A program made the translations under genes and the position numbers. A stretch of 64,000 nt of DNA, from the NCBI GenBank assembly GCA_951406725.2, contig OX597818.1, positions 81,778,001 through 81,842,000 on the forward strand, given 5' to 3'. A model generated the notes under the pieces. The model did no database searches, had not been told where the DNA came from, and worked only from the letters and a program-made list of their open reading frames with translations. Every line of letters starts with the position of its first letter. The stretch's first letter is position 1. The DNA is from Octopus vulgaris (Eukaryota). Of this stretch, positions 30,926 to 45,551 are shown piece by piece.

Positions 30926-31038
30926 GAGTTTCATTAACATTGAGCTAGCAGAACCGCAAAATATTGGGGTGCCCTAATACTTTGGCTAAGGCCGTACATA
31001 CATACGTGTGTGTGTGTATATATATATATATATGTATG

Positions 31039-31114
<76 letters not shown>

Positions 31115-31123
31115 TATATATAT

Positions 31124-31181
31124 AATTATAATTAAGGGTATCTAAGAGATACCACCATAGTAGATACCCTTAATTATAATT
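31124..31181. repeat. Mini fold-back carrying the ACCCTTAATT terminal motif, next to a TA tract
   Basis: AATTATAATTAAGGGTATCTA (31124-31144) and TAGATACCCTTAATTATAATT (31161-31181). Confidence 0.8.
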
Positions 31182-31281
31182 TTGATAATAATTATTACCT
31201 ATGAGGCTTTTATTCCCATGCTAGCCACCTGATATGATCGGTATTTTAAATAATGATCTTATCCTTATATATATAAATTTA

Positions 31282-31352
<71 letters not shown>

Positions 31353-32436
31353 AAAGTATGACAAGGTAAAAAATGCTAAGATAATTTTATCATGAAGTAC
31401 ACGTTCGAACAAGGTTTCTATCTTTTTTAGACTTTTTCAGCTAAGAGTAAAATAAGAAAAAAAAACAAAAAACAATTAAATTGGAGAAAAAAATTAAGTG
31501 AGACGTTTTCTAGATATTTTTAGTCTTTGAATAGGTAAATATTTCCATAGCTTTCAGACAGGCTGCCTGTCTTTCTATTTCTTTGTGAACGCCTGTAGGT
31601 AGGGAGGTATGTATGTAGGTAGGTAGGTAGGTAGTTAGGTAGGTAGGTAGGTAGTTAGGTAGGTAGGTAGGTAGGTAGGTAGGTAGGTTGGCAGGTAGGT
31701 AGGTAGGTAGGTAGGTAGGTAGGTAGGTAGGTAGTAGTAAATTTAAAGGAATAGCTTGTGTACAGAAAATTGATTTTTTAAGCAAAAGCAACCGAAGGGT
31801 GAGAAGAAGTGGGAGAAGAAAAAGATGGTGGACGAGGAGAAGGAGAATAAGGAGAAGATGAAAGAAAAGAAAAGCAAAGAAAAATACAGGAGTGCTGTGC
31901 CACAGCAAATTGTCCGCGGAATCACCTTTAATGCTTAAATGACCTAAAAGCGAGCTGTTGTGGTCGTAGTAGTAGTGGTTGGAAATGTTTTAAATTCTTG
32001 TTGTAGTTCCGTCTGTGGTGGCGGAATTCCAAAAAGGTTTATATTTTGCGATAATGTATGCTTTTTTGCTGATGTGTTGACTATGAGTTGCACTCTCCCT
32101 GAATTCAAAGAGGGGGTGGAATTCTGAATTTGGGTTGTTCGTTAATGGCATAAATATGGATGTGCTTGCTTAATCCTACTTTTCTGTATTCTCGTATTTT
32201 AATCTCGAATCTACGTACCGTCACCTTCTGACGTAAACTGTTAATACATATATTAGGTTTTCCGAAGTACATGTGAAATTCTTCTCTGTAAAACGCTGAC
32301 CATGTTTGAAAGAGATTTCTGATCCTTCAATTAGGGATTATATACCACAGTTAGGTCTTCGGCATTGTTTTACTGTCGGTTTCGGTGCTAGAAGACTTTC
32401 CACTGACCTGGCTTTCACAAAGGAATACAGAGAGAG

Positions 32437-32479
<43 letters not shown>

Positions 32480-32549
32480 GAGAGAGAGAGAGTGGCATAC
32501 TCCTTGAAAACTATGGAAATATTTACCTATTTAAGGAGTATAACAATAC

Positions 32550-32976
32550 CTTTTACTCTTTACTCTCTTTTAATTGTTTCAGTCATTTGACTGCGGCCAT
32601 GATGGAGCACCGCCTATAGTCGAGCAAATCGACCCCAGGATTTATTCTTTGGAAGCCTAGTACTTATTCTATCGGTGTCTTTTGCCGAATCGCTACGTTA
32701 CGGGACGTAAACACACCACCATCAGTTGTCAAGCGATGTTGGGGGGCGGGGCAAAAACAGACACATAAACATATACATACATACATACATATATACATAT
32801 ATATACATATATACGACGGGCTTCTTCTAGTTTCCGTATACCAAATCCACTCACAAAGCTTTGGTCGGCCCGAGGCTACAGTAGAAGACACTTGCCCAAG
32901 CTGCCACGCAGTGGAACTGAACCTTGAACCATGTGGTTGTTAAGCAAGCTACATACCACACAGCCACTCCTGCGCC
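32550..32976 (-). mobile_element. Full-length abundant tRNA-derived SINE (CORE-like TTGGGCAAGTG, internal TA microsatellite)
   Basis: Head GGCGCAGGAGTGGCTGTGTGGTA..GGTTCAGTTCCAC, tail AGTCAAATGACTGAAAA-like then (GAGTAAA)n; other copies near 36372-36762 (+), 37270-37600 (-), 37985-38130 (-), 12945-13360 (-), 4330-4560 (+) and 63390-63545 (+). Confidence 0.9.
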
Positions 32977-33159
32977 TTTTGGGGGAGGGGACCAGTCGAT
33001 TAGTTCGAGCCCAGTACGCAACTGGTTCTTAATTTATCGACCCCGAAAGGATGATGGGCAAAGTCGACCTCGGCGGAATTTGAACTCAGAACATAAAGAC
33101 AGACGAAATACTACTAAGCACTTCGCCCGGCGTTCTAACGTTTCTGCCAGCTCGCCGCC
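32977..33159 (-). mobile_element. Deu/Nin-like SINE
   Basis: GGCGGCGAGCTGGCAGAAACGTTAG head; GAGTTCAAATTCCGCCGAGGTCGACTTTGCC..ATCCTTTCGGGGTCGATAAA. Confidence 0.85.
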
Positions 33160-33302
33160 CTGTACAAAACATTTCACATAATTTTTTTCGCCAATTTAAT
33201 TGGTCTTCTTATCTAACTCCTAGTTGAAAAAGTCTAAAACGGCGGAAACTGGTACTAAAGTGTACTTCATGATAATACTATTTTAGCATTTCCTACCTAC
33301 AG

Positions 33303-33560
33303 ATGTCTCTAAGTGTGCTCCTTATTACTTTCTCGACAGGAAAAATACCATTTCTGCATCAAATCCTTACTTATGATGACAAATGTATACTCTTTGACAA
33401 CAGGAGTAGAACAGGACAGAGATTAGATGAAGGAGAGTCACCTAAATACTACCCAAACCCACCATTGGGCCCTAAAAAATTAGTGGTCAATGTATGGTAG
33501 TATACGAAGGGAGTTATTCATTATTCATTTGTGCAACAATGAAAAACGGTAACACGAACA
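33303..33560 (+). pseudogene. Mariner transposase fragment (Hsmar1/cecropia-like)
   Basis: FLHQILTYDDKCILFDNR..QRLD.GESPK..P.P.L.PKKLVVNVW..GVIHYSF. Confidence 0.75.
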
Positions 33561-33884
33561 CCGGCAGCAATTGAAATATATATACAGAACCACAGAAGGT
33601 GATCATATTTAAAAGAAGCTGGTATTTTCTAAAATGTAATAAGATCCATGTATTTTAAATTATTCAATGTTAAGGAGAACTTACAAATGAGAAGCGGTTA
33701 GATTCCTCAGAAAATAAATGTGGAGAAAATCGTATTAACTCGAAATAATCTTGTCTGTACTGTAACAAGTGTCTAGAACATTACACACGTAAGTGTGTGT
33801 GTGTCTGCACGCATGCGTATGTATATATACGTGTATATATCTGTATACATACACACACATACATACATATATATATATATATAT

Positions 33885-34085
33885 GAAAAAATAAGTCAAA
33901 AATAGAAAATGCTAAGATAATTTTATAGTGAATCTTTCAGTACCGGTTTCGGTCATTTTGAGACCTTTTCAACTGTAACGATTAAATAATTAAATTTAGA
34001 AAAATTAGAAGAAAAGTTTTTTTAAAAGAATATTTCTATAGTAGTGTTCAGATATAAGTAGCATTCTGCCTTTCTCTGACTCCCT
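33885..34085 (-). mobile_element. pLTR-like piece with a degenerate HHR, abutting a TA tract
   Basis: Minus strand 33938-33975: CAG-TTGAAAA-GGTC..GACC-GAAA-CCGG-TA-CTG; shares AATGCTAAGATAATTTTAT with about 31373. Confidence 0.55.
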
Positions 34086-34132
34086 TGTTTGCACTTGTGT
34101 GTTCAAGGTCGTTGAGTATATAGTGTGTTCGA

Positions 34133-34176
<44 letters not shown>

Positions 34177-34234
34177 TCTTTTATGGTTTCACTTCTATCA
34201 GTCATTTGATTGCAGCCCTGCTGGTGCACCGCCT

Positions 34235-34279
<45 letters not shown>

Positions 34280-34280
<1 letters not shown>

Positions 34281-35258
34281 TCATTTTTCATTTCATTTCA
34301 TCTAGTTTCATCTGACAGGAAGAGGTCCAGCTTTATTTTGAAGACATCTGCATCCACCCTATGCAGGTCTCTCAAGTCCTTCGGGAGGATATTGAAGAGC
34401 TGTGGACCTCTGAAGCCTGGGCTATTGCAGTATCTTGTCCTACATCTTGATGGCAAATTTGGAGTCCTTGGCACTATGCAGTGGCACCGAGTTCTAGTAT
34501 TTGTGTAACTCTCGATGCCAAAGTTTGGGACAAGTCCTTCCAGGATCTTCCTCATGTATATTATGGCATATCTTTCTCGCCTACGCTCTAAGGAATAGAG
34601 TCTTAATCTCTTGAGTCTTTCCCAATAACTTATATGCTGCATAGAAGCTATCTTCTGCGTGTAACATCGTTGGATTGCCTCAAGTTCTGAGATTAATTTG
34701 ACATTGGTTGGTGACCATAGCTGAGAGCAATAGTCAAGGTGGCTTAGGACAAGTGTCCTCCAGAGGACCATCATGGTTTCCTGGTCTCTTGTTCTAAAAG
34801 CTCTAAGAATCTATCCGGTCAGCCGCCTAAATTTAATTGCCAATTTAGCATCATGCACATGAAACTTTGCATTATTACTCATGTAAATACCCAGGTCTCG
34901 TACTGATTGTGCCTCTGGGATTGCAATTCCTCCAGGTCCAGTGTATTTCTTGGGTATTTCATTTAGTTTTGCATGCTGATAGCACAAACCTTGAAACTTT
35001 TCAGCATCGAACTGCATGATATTCTTTTCAGCCCACTTGTATTTTCGTCCAGCCCACATTGCAGGTGCATAGTGTCTTCAGGGTTCTGCATTACATGTGA
35101 AACTTTTGTATTATCTGCATAACTTATGATCGTGGCTCTGTGTGGCTGAGGGCATGTCTGAGAAGGTCATTATGAACAGCAGTGGTCCGAAAAGAGTGCC
35201 TTGCGGAACACCGCTCACTATTTGCGTCTCATTGGAGGTGGCTCCATTGGCTATTACC
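34280..35258 (-). mobile_element. CR1-group LINE RT 3' fragment
   Basis: SGVPQGTLFGPLLFI, MQFDAEKF, VRDLGIY, LVLSHLDYCSQLWSP and SYWERLKRLRLYSLERRRERY. Confidence 0.88.
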
Positions 35259-35471
35259 ATACACACACACATATATATATATATATATATGCACACATAT
35301 ACATATATATAATATAGATATACGTATGTACACGTATATATATATTTATACATATATAAATGTATACACACATACGCACACACAAACACACACATATATA
35401 CATATGTATATACGTATATGAATAGATACATAAATAAACATATATATACCTATACATATGTATATAAATAT

Positions 35472-35670
35472 TATCATACATTTTTATCAAACATTTTCAT
35501 CAAACATTTTCGGCAAGCATGTTCATTAAATATTTTCATCAAACATTTTCATGAGCAATATTCATCAAACATTTTCTTCAAACATTTTATCAAACATTTT
35601 CATCAAACATTTTCACCAGACATTTTCATCATACATTTTCATCAAACATTTTCATGAGCAATATTCATCA
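35472..35670. repeat. Degenerate 13-bp minisatellite (CATCAAACATTTT)n between 51-bp direct repeats
   Basis: 35421-35471 is identical to 35671-35721. Confidence 0.85.
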
Positions 35671-35788
35671 AATAGATACATAAATAAACATATATATACC
35701 TATACATATGTATATAAATATATAAGCGCGTTGGTGGTTGTATGTTTGCGTGTGTGGGTGTGTGTGTGTGTGCATGTAAATAGAGACT

Positions 35789-35834
<46 letters not shown>

Positions 35835-36371
35835 AGTGGTAACATATAGAGAGTTAAGTGCTTTATGTCTGTCAGATAATTTTGGTGAGTTCTAAGCAGC
35901 TTACGAGGAGAAAAACCACAATACCAATGCTGTAGAGATGAACAGAAGCCATAGCGATTGAAATGACAACGTGAAAGAAGATAGATTGCTAGAACTTTGT
36001 AAAACAGAGTAATTATTAATTGATAGAAGCATCTAAGACGAAGTTTGGCATAACAATCAAATCCAACCAAGCTGTAGTTTTCATGACTTTACTTTTAAGC
36101 TCTTATATTTTATTTGTTCAGGCACTTTGAAATCTGATTATGTTTTTTCGTTTTCCAAACCGCTAAAATACGTGATACGGGGACGTGAACAAGCCAACAC
36201 CGGTTATCACCCGGTGAGGTTGACAAAGAGACATACATATCGACGCACACATATAACGCATTCACATAACACTTACACACACATACACTCACAATCACAC
36301 ATATACACGCTTACACACACACGCACTCACACATACGTTGTTTATGTCAAAATAATTTAGAAACTTCCGTA

Positions 36372-36762
36372 GAGCGCAGGCGTGAATGTGTGGTAAGTAG
36401 CTTGGTTACCAACCACATGCTTCCGGGTTCAGTTCCACTGCGTGGCACCTTGAGAAAGTGTCTTTTATTATAGCCTCGGGCCGACGAAAGCCTTGTGAGT
36501 GGATTTGGTAGACGGAAGCTGAAAGAAGCCTGTCGCGTATATTCATGTGTGTGTGTATGTGTGCATGTTCGTGTGTCTTATTCTTCACACCATCGTTCAC
36601 AACCGATGTTGGTGTGTTTACGTCTCCGTTAGCTAGCGGTTCGGCAAAAAACGATAGATTATGTACTAGGCTAACAAAGAATAAGTCCTGGGGTCGATTT
36701 ATTCGACAAAGGGCAGTAACTCGAGCATGGCTGCAGTCAAATGACTGAAACAAATAAAAGAA
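36372..36762 (+). mobile_element. Full-length SINE, same family as 32550-32976
   Basis: Aligns end to end with the reverse complement of 32550-32976. Confidence 0.88.
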
Positions 36763-37407
36763 TTAACAAATAAAGGGCAGGAAACAATTACTTTTCGAAC
36801 GGTGAAGCATTGAATGAGATGCAACTATGAAATAATACTGGGTAAGTATTCAAATACAAAAGCCTTTTGTGTTTCAGTCATTAGACTGCAGCGATGCAGG
36901 GGTACCGCCTTGAAGAATGTTTGGTCGCAGGAGTCGACACCAGTACTTAATATTTTTAAAGAACACGCTTTAAACAAATTGCGTGTGTATTCTATTTACT
37001 TAATTACTTAAGGCTTGTTACTTATTCTATTTGGAGCTCTGTGGCTTAGTGGTTAGGGTGTGGAATCACGAAAGTAAGATTGTGGCTTCAATCCCAGTGT
37101 GGGGTGTTTTTGAGCAAAACACTTCATTTCACGTTGATCCAGTCCACTAAGCTGTGGGAAATGTGTTTAGCATGGAGAGCGATGCGCTACGCCAGGTGTT
37201 CTCGCCCTAGTTACTCTGCATGGCTGTTGGCGCCCCTACGACACCAAGGGGTTAAGGGACTTGTCTTGTCAATTTATTCTATCGGTTTCTTTTGCCGAAC
37301 CACTAGATTTCGGGCACGTAAACACACCAGCACCGGTTGTCAAGCGGTGGTGGATCTCATACATAGGCACAACATCACCCTCCACACACATGCATACAAT
37401 CGCTCTT

Positions 37408-37446
<39 letters not shown>

Positions 37447-39760
37447 CGATGGGCTTCTTTCAGTTTCCGTCTCTAAAATTTACTCAAAAGGCTTTGGTCA
37501 GCCATGGGCTATACTAGAAGACACAGAGCCAAAGTGCCACGCACTATGTCTGAACCTGGAGTCATTTAGTAGTTGGAAAGTGAACATCTTACCACATTGC
37601 CTCGCTTCGTCCATGGGTAGAAAACATCAAATACCGCCTTCGACTTTTTGTATCCAAAGTTTTTTTAACCCAATAATTACACGATTTTGTTTATAACTTT
37701 ATTGCCTTCGAGTTGCACCGTTCCCAAAAGGAATATACAGACATACTATATACAGATATGTATACATGTGTGTGTGTGTAATATCCACCTACATACATGC
37801 AGACAGACAAAAATACAGACGTATATATATAATATCCACCTACATACATGCAGACAATCAGACAAACATACAGACGTATATATATATATATATATATACA
37901 TAAATGTATGTTTGTGCAAGATTAACGTATATGGTGTGTTAAGAGGGCTGACAGGTAATCCGCTATGATTTATCATTTTCTCTGAGATTTCCTCAACCAA
38001 ATCCACTCAGAAGGCTCTGGTTTGCTCCGGGTTGTTGCAGAAAACACTTTCCCAAGGTGTCGCACTGTGAAACTGAACCCCACACCACATGGTTGGAAAG
38101 CAAGCTTCTTACCCATACAGCCATGCCAAAATAAAACTAGTTGCCGAATTTCAGATAATAAAGTTTCTACATCGATATAATATTTGAGTTGTTTGTCGAA
38201 CGCTGGAGTTCAGTACAGCTTTCATAGTTCATAAATACGCCATAAAAATTTTGAAACTTTGGGGCGACCTGAAATAACTCTGCTGCAAATGTTAATGTCG
38301 AGGTAGACAAAGCTATAAGCGATAGCGCGTGTATATTGGGTTGAAAGTCCAAGGCAGCTTTCGACCATTTCTATCTAATGTGTTTTTAAACCAATATTTG
38401 CATACTACTGTTTATAGCTTTGCATCCTTCAAGATTCACTTTTCCAAAAATGAGCTGTTTGAAGAGAGCAATCGGTAGCGATCAAGATAAAATGGGTACA
38501 GATGTATGTAAAACGCCCATAATCTAACAATGACATCTTTGAAAGTGTGTCAGGACTACTAGAATCAACTGGATGTAGGTCATGATACTAGTAGCTATAA
38601 TGCAAGATCAAGCTTCAATGGCAAGAAATACGTGGAGTTTGTTTGCGATGGAAAAATATTGTAGAAGTAGCAGGATAAGAGATGCTCTTAGAAAGCAGAA
38701 ATACATTTGGCTAGGAATTAAGTGTATAGGGAATATCTATGCGAGAAAGACGTCTGTAAATATCTCGAGTGTGATTAACAAAATGACAATTTATTATGAT
38801 CTTGTGAAATTAGTGGGGGAAAAAACAGAAAAAGAAAGGTAGCACCTGGATTTTACTGTTCGATTCCTAGAACTAAGGTCGATTACTTGGTGACCGACAT
38901 CACAATGATACCTCTGAACGGACGCAGGAGTATTACGCGCAGTAAAAGGAAGTGCTTTTCTCAAGAACACAACGTACAGTATAAGCCGAGAATCGACCCT
39001 ACAGTCTTGAGATGGTGAGTGCAATCCTAATCACCAGGCCACGCTCATTAACTGATATTAGAATCTAAATGAAATCTCAGATCAAATACAAACTGCCAGT
39101 TAAAGATCGAGTGGAAACGATAAGCGTTGGAGTAGCACACATGACTGCGTATTAGACAATTGTGGTTGATATTACTAAAGTAGATCTGGGTTTAATTAGA
39201 ATCAATAAGATAATTTTTCGAATGAATATATTGGTTATTAATTAATAAATAGATGAAATGTTCTTTTCTACTCTAAGTACAAGGACCGAAATTTTTGAGG
39301 AGAGGACCAGTGGATTAGATTGACACTAGTACGCAACTGATGCTTAATTTATTGACCCCGAAAGTATGAAAAGCAAAGTCGACCTCATATAGATAAAATG
39401 TTATTAAGGAAAAGGGAAATTGAAAAAGGTATGGTCTAATGAATAGAAGAACTATATTCAGGAATAAATGTCAGAGTTGCATAGTTTATGATACACAATA
39501 AGCATGCACGAATGGGTGCTTCCTGTGAGAGAGAGAGAAAGAGAGGAAGAGCGAGAGAGAGAGAGAGAAAGTTGGAGGGAGAGGTAGTTCGGGATTGTAT
39601 GCTGCTCTATAAATAAAAGAGTGGAAAATGGAATACTCCACAACGCACAAGAGAGGAAGGAATTTTCAGAAGACCTGGCCCAAGAATTAAACGGATATAA
39701 AAAGAATATCAAACGACATCTAAGAAAGAGAATGCCATAAAACCTGATCTGTATTATAAA

Positions 39761-39814
<54 letters not shown>

Positions 39815-41269
39815 CACTGTTGCTGCTGCTAAAGCTGAAACTGTATACATATAAACACAATTTAGTGAAATCAATTAAGAGTTCAGTCATGAGCAGTCAT
39901 GTATAGATAAATTATATTTTAAGCCGTTGAGAAACTTGCCTCGTCATTCGTCATTAAAAATATATAAACCAGAATGTTGTTGGATGTTTACACTGGAGAA
40001 TATGTAAATGTGTCTGGATTTTAAATATATAGTAGTTAAATCCAGCATTACGTCTGGTATTAATTCAAAGAATACTTAACCAATATCAGAAATGAATAAT
40101 TGAAATGCTGTGTATTCTGGAGAGAAACTCTTCAAAAAGAAACACTTCTATGAGAAAATGAATGAGTTCTAACAGCCAGTTTTTCAAAAATATGGAAGGA
40201 GAAGAGAGTATGGAGTAAAATTTATGTCAACTATTATTGATTGCTAAGGCTGAAGAATGACTGAAGTTAAGAGATAAGGTATTAAGTTAACGGAAGATAA
40301 GAAATAAGTTATAAAAAAATTTGTATAAGCAAGACAATTGTATTATTATACATTAGTTCAGGTGGGATCAGTTCATCTCACAACAACGACTATGCTATTC
40401 TTAAGGTTCTCCAAAATCAAGTGAAAATGAGAGCCCAAGTCTCTCAGAGAAACATAGATTCTTGGAATAGCATCAAATTTTCATAACATTTCATGGCATA
40501 TAGTATCTCTATTTCCAGACATAAAAAATTATCATTGGCAAAAAAAAGCAACAACAAAAAACAAAAAAACTGTCGCTGGATGATATTCAGGATGGACCTA
40601 AACGTCAGCCGGTTTCGTTAGGGTAACTAGTATTTTTCTGTTATAGACGCAAGGTATGATATTTGTTGGTGGGAAAAGTCGATTACATAGACTCCCCTGT
40701 TCAACTGGTACATATTTCATCGATCCCGAAAGAATAAATGGCAAAGTAGGCTCCGGTAGAATTTGAAATTAGAATGTACACAGACGAAATTCCGCTAAAC
40801 ATTTCTTCCTGCGTGCTAACGATTCGGCCAGCTCAAACATAATTCAAAGTACCAGTCGACGGATAGAAAGGTAAAAGTCACTAAAGAAACCCTGAAAGAG
40901 AGTGTCGTTTTTCCCAGTATGTCAGGCATTTCAGGCCGAGAGTGGTATTTCTACGGATTTAATTTTGACTGGAATTATAATTCCCGTTGACAATATTATT
41001 TAGCAACAGAACCGAACGATTCAGCAAACGAGTCGTTAGATAATGGTGGATACAGCAGACATGCTTGAAGTAGCGACCATATCTTCCTCAGAGCATGCCT
41101 CATTGTCTTAGAAAATGACTCGTTGGATGTAGTGTCTTGGTTTCCTTGCGAATATTAAAAAAATAGGGCGGTCACGGTTGGAATGCCTCGATTCAATTGG
41201 TTCTTCACGATCAGAGATGATTTGATATTAAAAATCAATGACAACACAAGAGGAACGCCATCGCGAAAG

Positions 41270-41331
<62 letters not shown>

Positions 41332-41346
41332 TTGCTACTGCTACTG

Positions 41347-41379
<33 letters not shown>

Positions 41380-41403
41380 TTGCTACTGCTACTGCTGCTG
41401 CTG

Positions 41404-41464
<61 letters not shown>

Positions 41465-41559
41465 AGGATTAGGAACTTGAGCAGCAAAAATAGTAACCAC
41501 CGCGTCAATAGCAGATTCGTTAGACTTGGAGAGAATCTTTCGTAGTATTTATATATACA

Positions 41560-42053
41560 GTAATCAACCAAATATGAATCATTTCGTTGCACAATGCGTC
41601 TCCATCTTTCCTTTAACTTAAAAATACCCTCTTCCCAGAATTGAGGTGGTTTCGTGGCAAAGAATTCATTAAGCTATCTTTTTATGTCATCCAAGGAATT
41701 GAAATTTTTAGCATTAAGACTATTCTGCAGAGACATGAATAAGTGGAAATCCAAAGGAGCAACATCTAGATAATATGGCGAGTGGGGTAACACATCCCAG
41801 CCGAACTGCAGCAATTTTTGTCTGGTTCCCAAAGCATCAAGTGCCGCAAATGAACTTTCTTTTCTTCCATTTTAAAGGGTTACAGAATTAACACAGGTTA
41901 TAGGAACATAAAACTTCTTCCACGAAAATATAGCGTAAACTGTGCTCTAATTGGAGGTGTAGTCAAATCCTATTTTATGGACTCAGCCACGTTCTAAAAT
42001 AAGTAGAAAGGTAAGCTGCTATAAATCGGCACGATTTTCCGGACGACCCAATA
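41560..42053 (-). mobile_element. Internally deleted mariner (5' TIR plus C-terminal transposase)
   Basis: Minus strand reads TRQKLLQFGWDVLPHSPYYLDVAPLDFHLFMSLQNSLN...FWEEGIFKLKERWRRIV; TIR-like TATTGGGTCGTCCGGAAAATCGTGCCGATT at 42024-42053. Confidence 0.8.
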
Positions 42054-43894
42054 TTTAGTATTAATTCCAATAAGCCCTTGGATCATATATACTATTGTAT
42101 CAGATTCCTTTGATTTCAGTTATGACTACCAGCTCAAGCCACTTTGTGTTTAATGTTTAAGCAGAAGACTAATTTTGAGGACTCTCACTCATATAATACT
42201 TCACATATTTACACACACACATACATTCACACATGTATCTTATGAATTCACTTGTTTCCGCTCTAGTGATATATTATACCATTTTCCGGTGTTACACCTA
42301 CGAAAATCTAACATATTGGACGTGTTTTTACTCATGTATTATCGAAGTCTAATTATTGCTGTTGTCATCATTGTCATTGTTGTTGTATCGTCGTTACTGC
42401 TGTTTCTGTTCTTGCTATTTAGATTGTTCAATTGTTCAATTGTTTAAGGTGTTTTTACAGATATTTGTTTTATAGAACTTCTTACTCTAAATCTCACAAT
42501 CAACTTACTTCTACGGATGCACATCAGATATCTAACACAGACAATCTCAGTTAAATACCACAGACCCACGATTCAACAGAATTACGACCAAAATTATTTC
42601 AGATACGATTTCTTCCTCTTTATAGCAGTGAATTTTGGATTTATCGTGTGTTTCATTTTATTTTGTGACTGCGTTTTGTAACATATTCTTATTATGGGCA
42701 TAGGTCCAAAACCTTTAGAGGTCTTATCGACTATATCGGGCCCAGTGATTAACTACTACTCATTTTAGTGAGTCCAAAAGAAGGGGAGTCGAAGTAGCCT
42801 TCGGCAGAATTGCTTTTGACAACTCACCAGTTTACAGTATGCTGCAATAACCTTTCTACTATAGGTACAAAACCTGGAAGTTTGGAGGTAGAGGCATGTT
42901 GACTGCATCGGCCGTAGTGTTCAAGCGTTATTGATTTTATAGTCTCATAAAAACATGAAAGACAAAGTCGACCACGTCCGAATTTAAATCCAGATGAAAT
43001 GTTTTGTCCGCCGTGTTAACGATCACGCCAGCTATCCATATTATTGTATATCGTGGACATTATACAATATTTACCCCTCACTGCATTGAGTACATTTTGT
43101 CGACCTGAGCTTCACGGAGGTGTAAAGTAAAGCAAAGTACATGTGTGTATATGTATGTGTATTCATACGCACATGTGTGATTACTTGTCTCCAAGTCTGT
43201 GGACACATTTATTACTTGTAGTTACGTGTGGTAATAATCAGCAGTGTATGGTTCTGATGCATTGACTATTTGTGTTTGCCTATGTGTGTTCATATCAATC
43301 TTGTGTGTAATAATTTGTCTCCGAGTACGTGAATATCATATTTTCTTATGACTATACATAGTAAAACTGACTCTTGTACAATCTGTATGTGTGGGCGTGC
43401 GGTTATTTGTACAGCAATCAAATCTAGCTGATTTTAAATAAACGAAAAAAAAACACATCTTAATACATTGTTTTTATTTCTTCTTTTTATTCCCCGACTC
43501 GTTCATTTCCTCTTGTTTCTTTATAGTATTTAGTAAAGCAAATAATAATGAAAAAACTATTGGAAATGCATATAAAAACAACATTTTCATTATTTTATCA
43601 TAAAATCTGGTAAATATTTGCTAAACATTATATGTTCGCAGATCATGAAGATACTGGTGAGGTCCATATAATATATACACATAGACATAAATAGATGCAT
43701 ACCATACATGCGTGCATACACATAAAAAACAAGCACCTGTAGACCATGCAGACATAAGCACGCAGATACATATATATATATATACATTTATGCATCGATA
43801 TCTAACTTGCTTTCTGTCAATACATATATACATGCATACGTACGTAGTCGATATTTAAATACCTACTACAAAGCATACGTTAATACAGATTTAG

Positions 43895-44016
<122 letters not shown>

Positions 44017-44074
44017 ATGTATATATATATATGTGTGTGTGTATATATATATATGTGTGTATGTGTGTATGTGT

Positions 44075-44111
<37 letters not shown>

Positions 44112-44652
44112 AAATAGCTTAGAAATGGATACGTCTCGTTCAATTAAATAATAAATAATAAATCATATATATACATGGATATGTGGGTACAAGACGTCAC
44201 CAAGGGTGCAAATAACATGAAATATGTAAACAAAACGAGTTAAATGAGTAAACAACGAGAAACATATGGAAGACTCGAAATGAGGAGTAGATAGGCAGCT
44301 GACAACTGATGTAGGGTCTTTTTTCTGTGTTAACTTCTCCTGTTTCCAATTTTTCTCATTGTTCACATATTAAATGCTATTTGCACACTTAGTGACGTAC
44401 CACACTCACATATACGTGTGTTTATAGACATATATTCTTTATAATTCATTTTATATATATATATTTATATATATATTATACATGTGTTTTTAATTGCTTT
44501 CATATCTTTAATTCCTTCTTGTTTCCCACAGAACCTCAACATTTAAACGCTATACTTTTATCCCTCAAATACTTAAGGCCCAATTAACTAAGTTCAATTG
44601 ATGATTACTGTGGTATTTAATACTGTCATACTATGTGTATACATAGATGTAC

Positions 44653-44963
<311 letters not shown>

Positions 44964-44990
44964 TAAATATATATATATATATGTATATAT

Positions 44991-45055
<65 letters not shown>

Positions 45056-45099
45056 TGTGTGTATGTGTTAAATATAATGGGAGTACAAAACCATATAAA

Positions 45100-45519
45100 G
45101 AGAAAGTTAGTCTTATATCTGTTCCTGGGATATTAGGGATATCACTTCATCGTAGATTATGTGAGATGGTTAAATGGAGGGACATATTAGAGTTCAATAT
45201 AAGGAGTTATTTTCGAAAAGGAACGAAAGAAGGCGTATGTAGGGATGTAAGAGAATGAATGTTGAAATAAAAATAAAAAAATATATAAAGAGGTTATAGT
45301 TGAGTTAAAACTGTGATGTTGTTGATAGAGCATGTTCTTTGTCTATCTACTTATCCCCTTTGTGGTTTTGGATAATAAGAAAACTATACAAATGAATCCT
45401 TCAAATTGAACTAAATTCTATATTTTATGCAGCTGAAGATTGCTCTACATTTCAAATTGATGGAATCGCATGAAAAGATCGTACTGCATTACCTGGATAT
45501 CCTTGTTGCTTATTTTGAT

Positions 45520-45520
<1 letters not shown>
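45100..45520 (+). mobile_element. Naiad-like PLE 3' end plus pLTR with HHR
   Basis: RLCEM.KW..ILEF...KRNE..GVCR remnant (C.LC..EK...LN.R.E...C.H type); HHR at 45427-45489 ATGCAG-CTGAAGA..GAAA-AGATCG-TA-CTGCAT, homologous to 11143-11233. Confidence 0.65.

Positions 45521-45551
<31 letters not shown>

Larger units (their letters stand above)
31350..33295 (-). mobile_element. Neptune-like PLE 3' fragment with an inverted pLTR copy, interrupted by two SINEs
   Basis: About 32240-32380 minus reads PTVKQCRRPNCG..LIEGSEISFKHGQRF..FTCTSENLIYV; pLTR 31350-31560 (-) is mirrored by 32503-32540 and 33190-33295 (+), with a degenerate HHR at 33221-33257. Confidence 0.7.

Noticed and set aside
38430-40300. 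Possible R4-like LINE C-terminal remnants (LHWRICK near 39990)
   Set aside because: Isolated motif with no continuous frame recoverable by eye.
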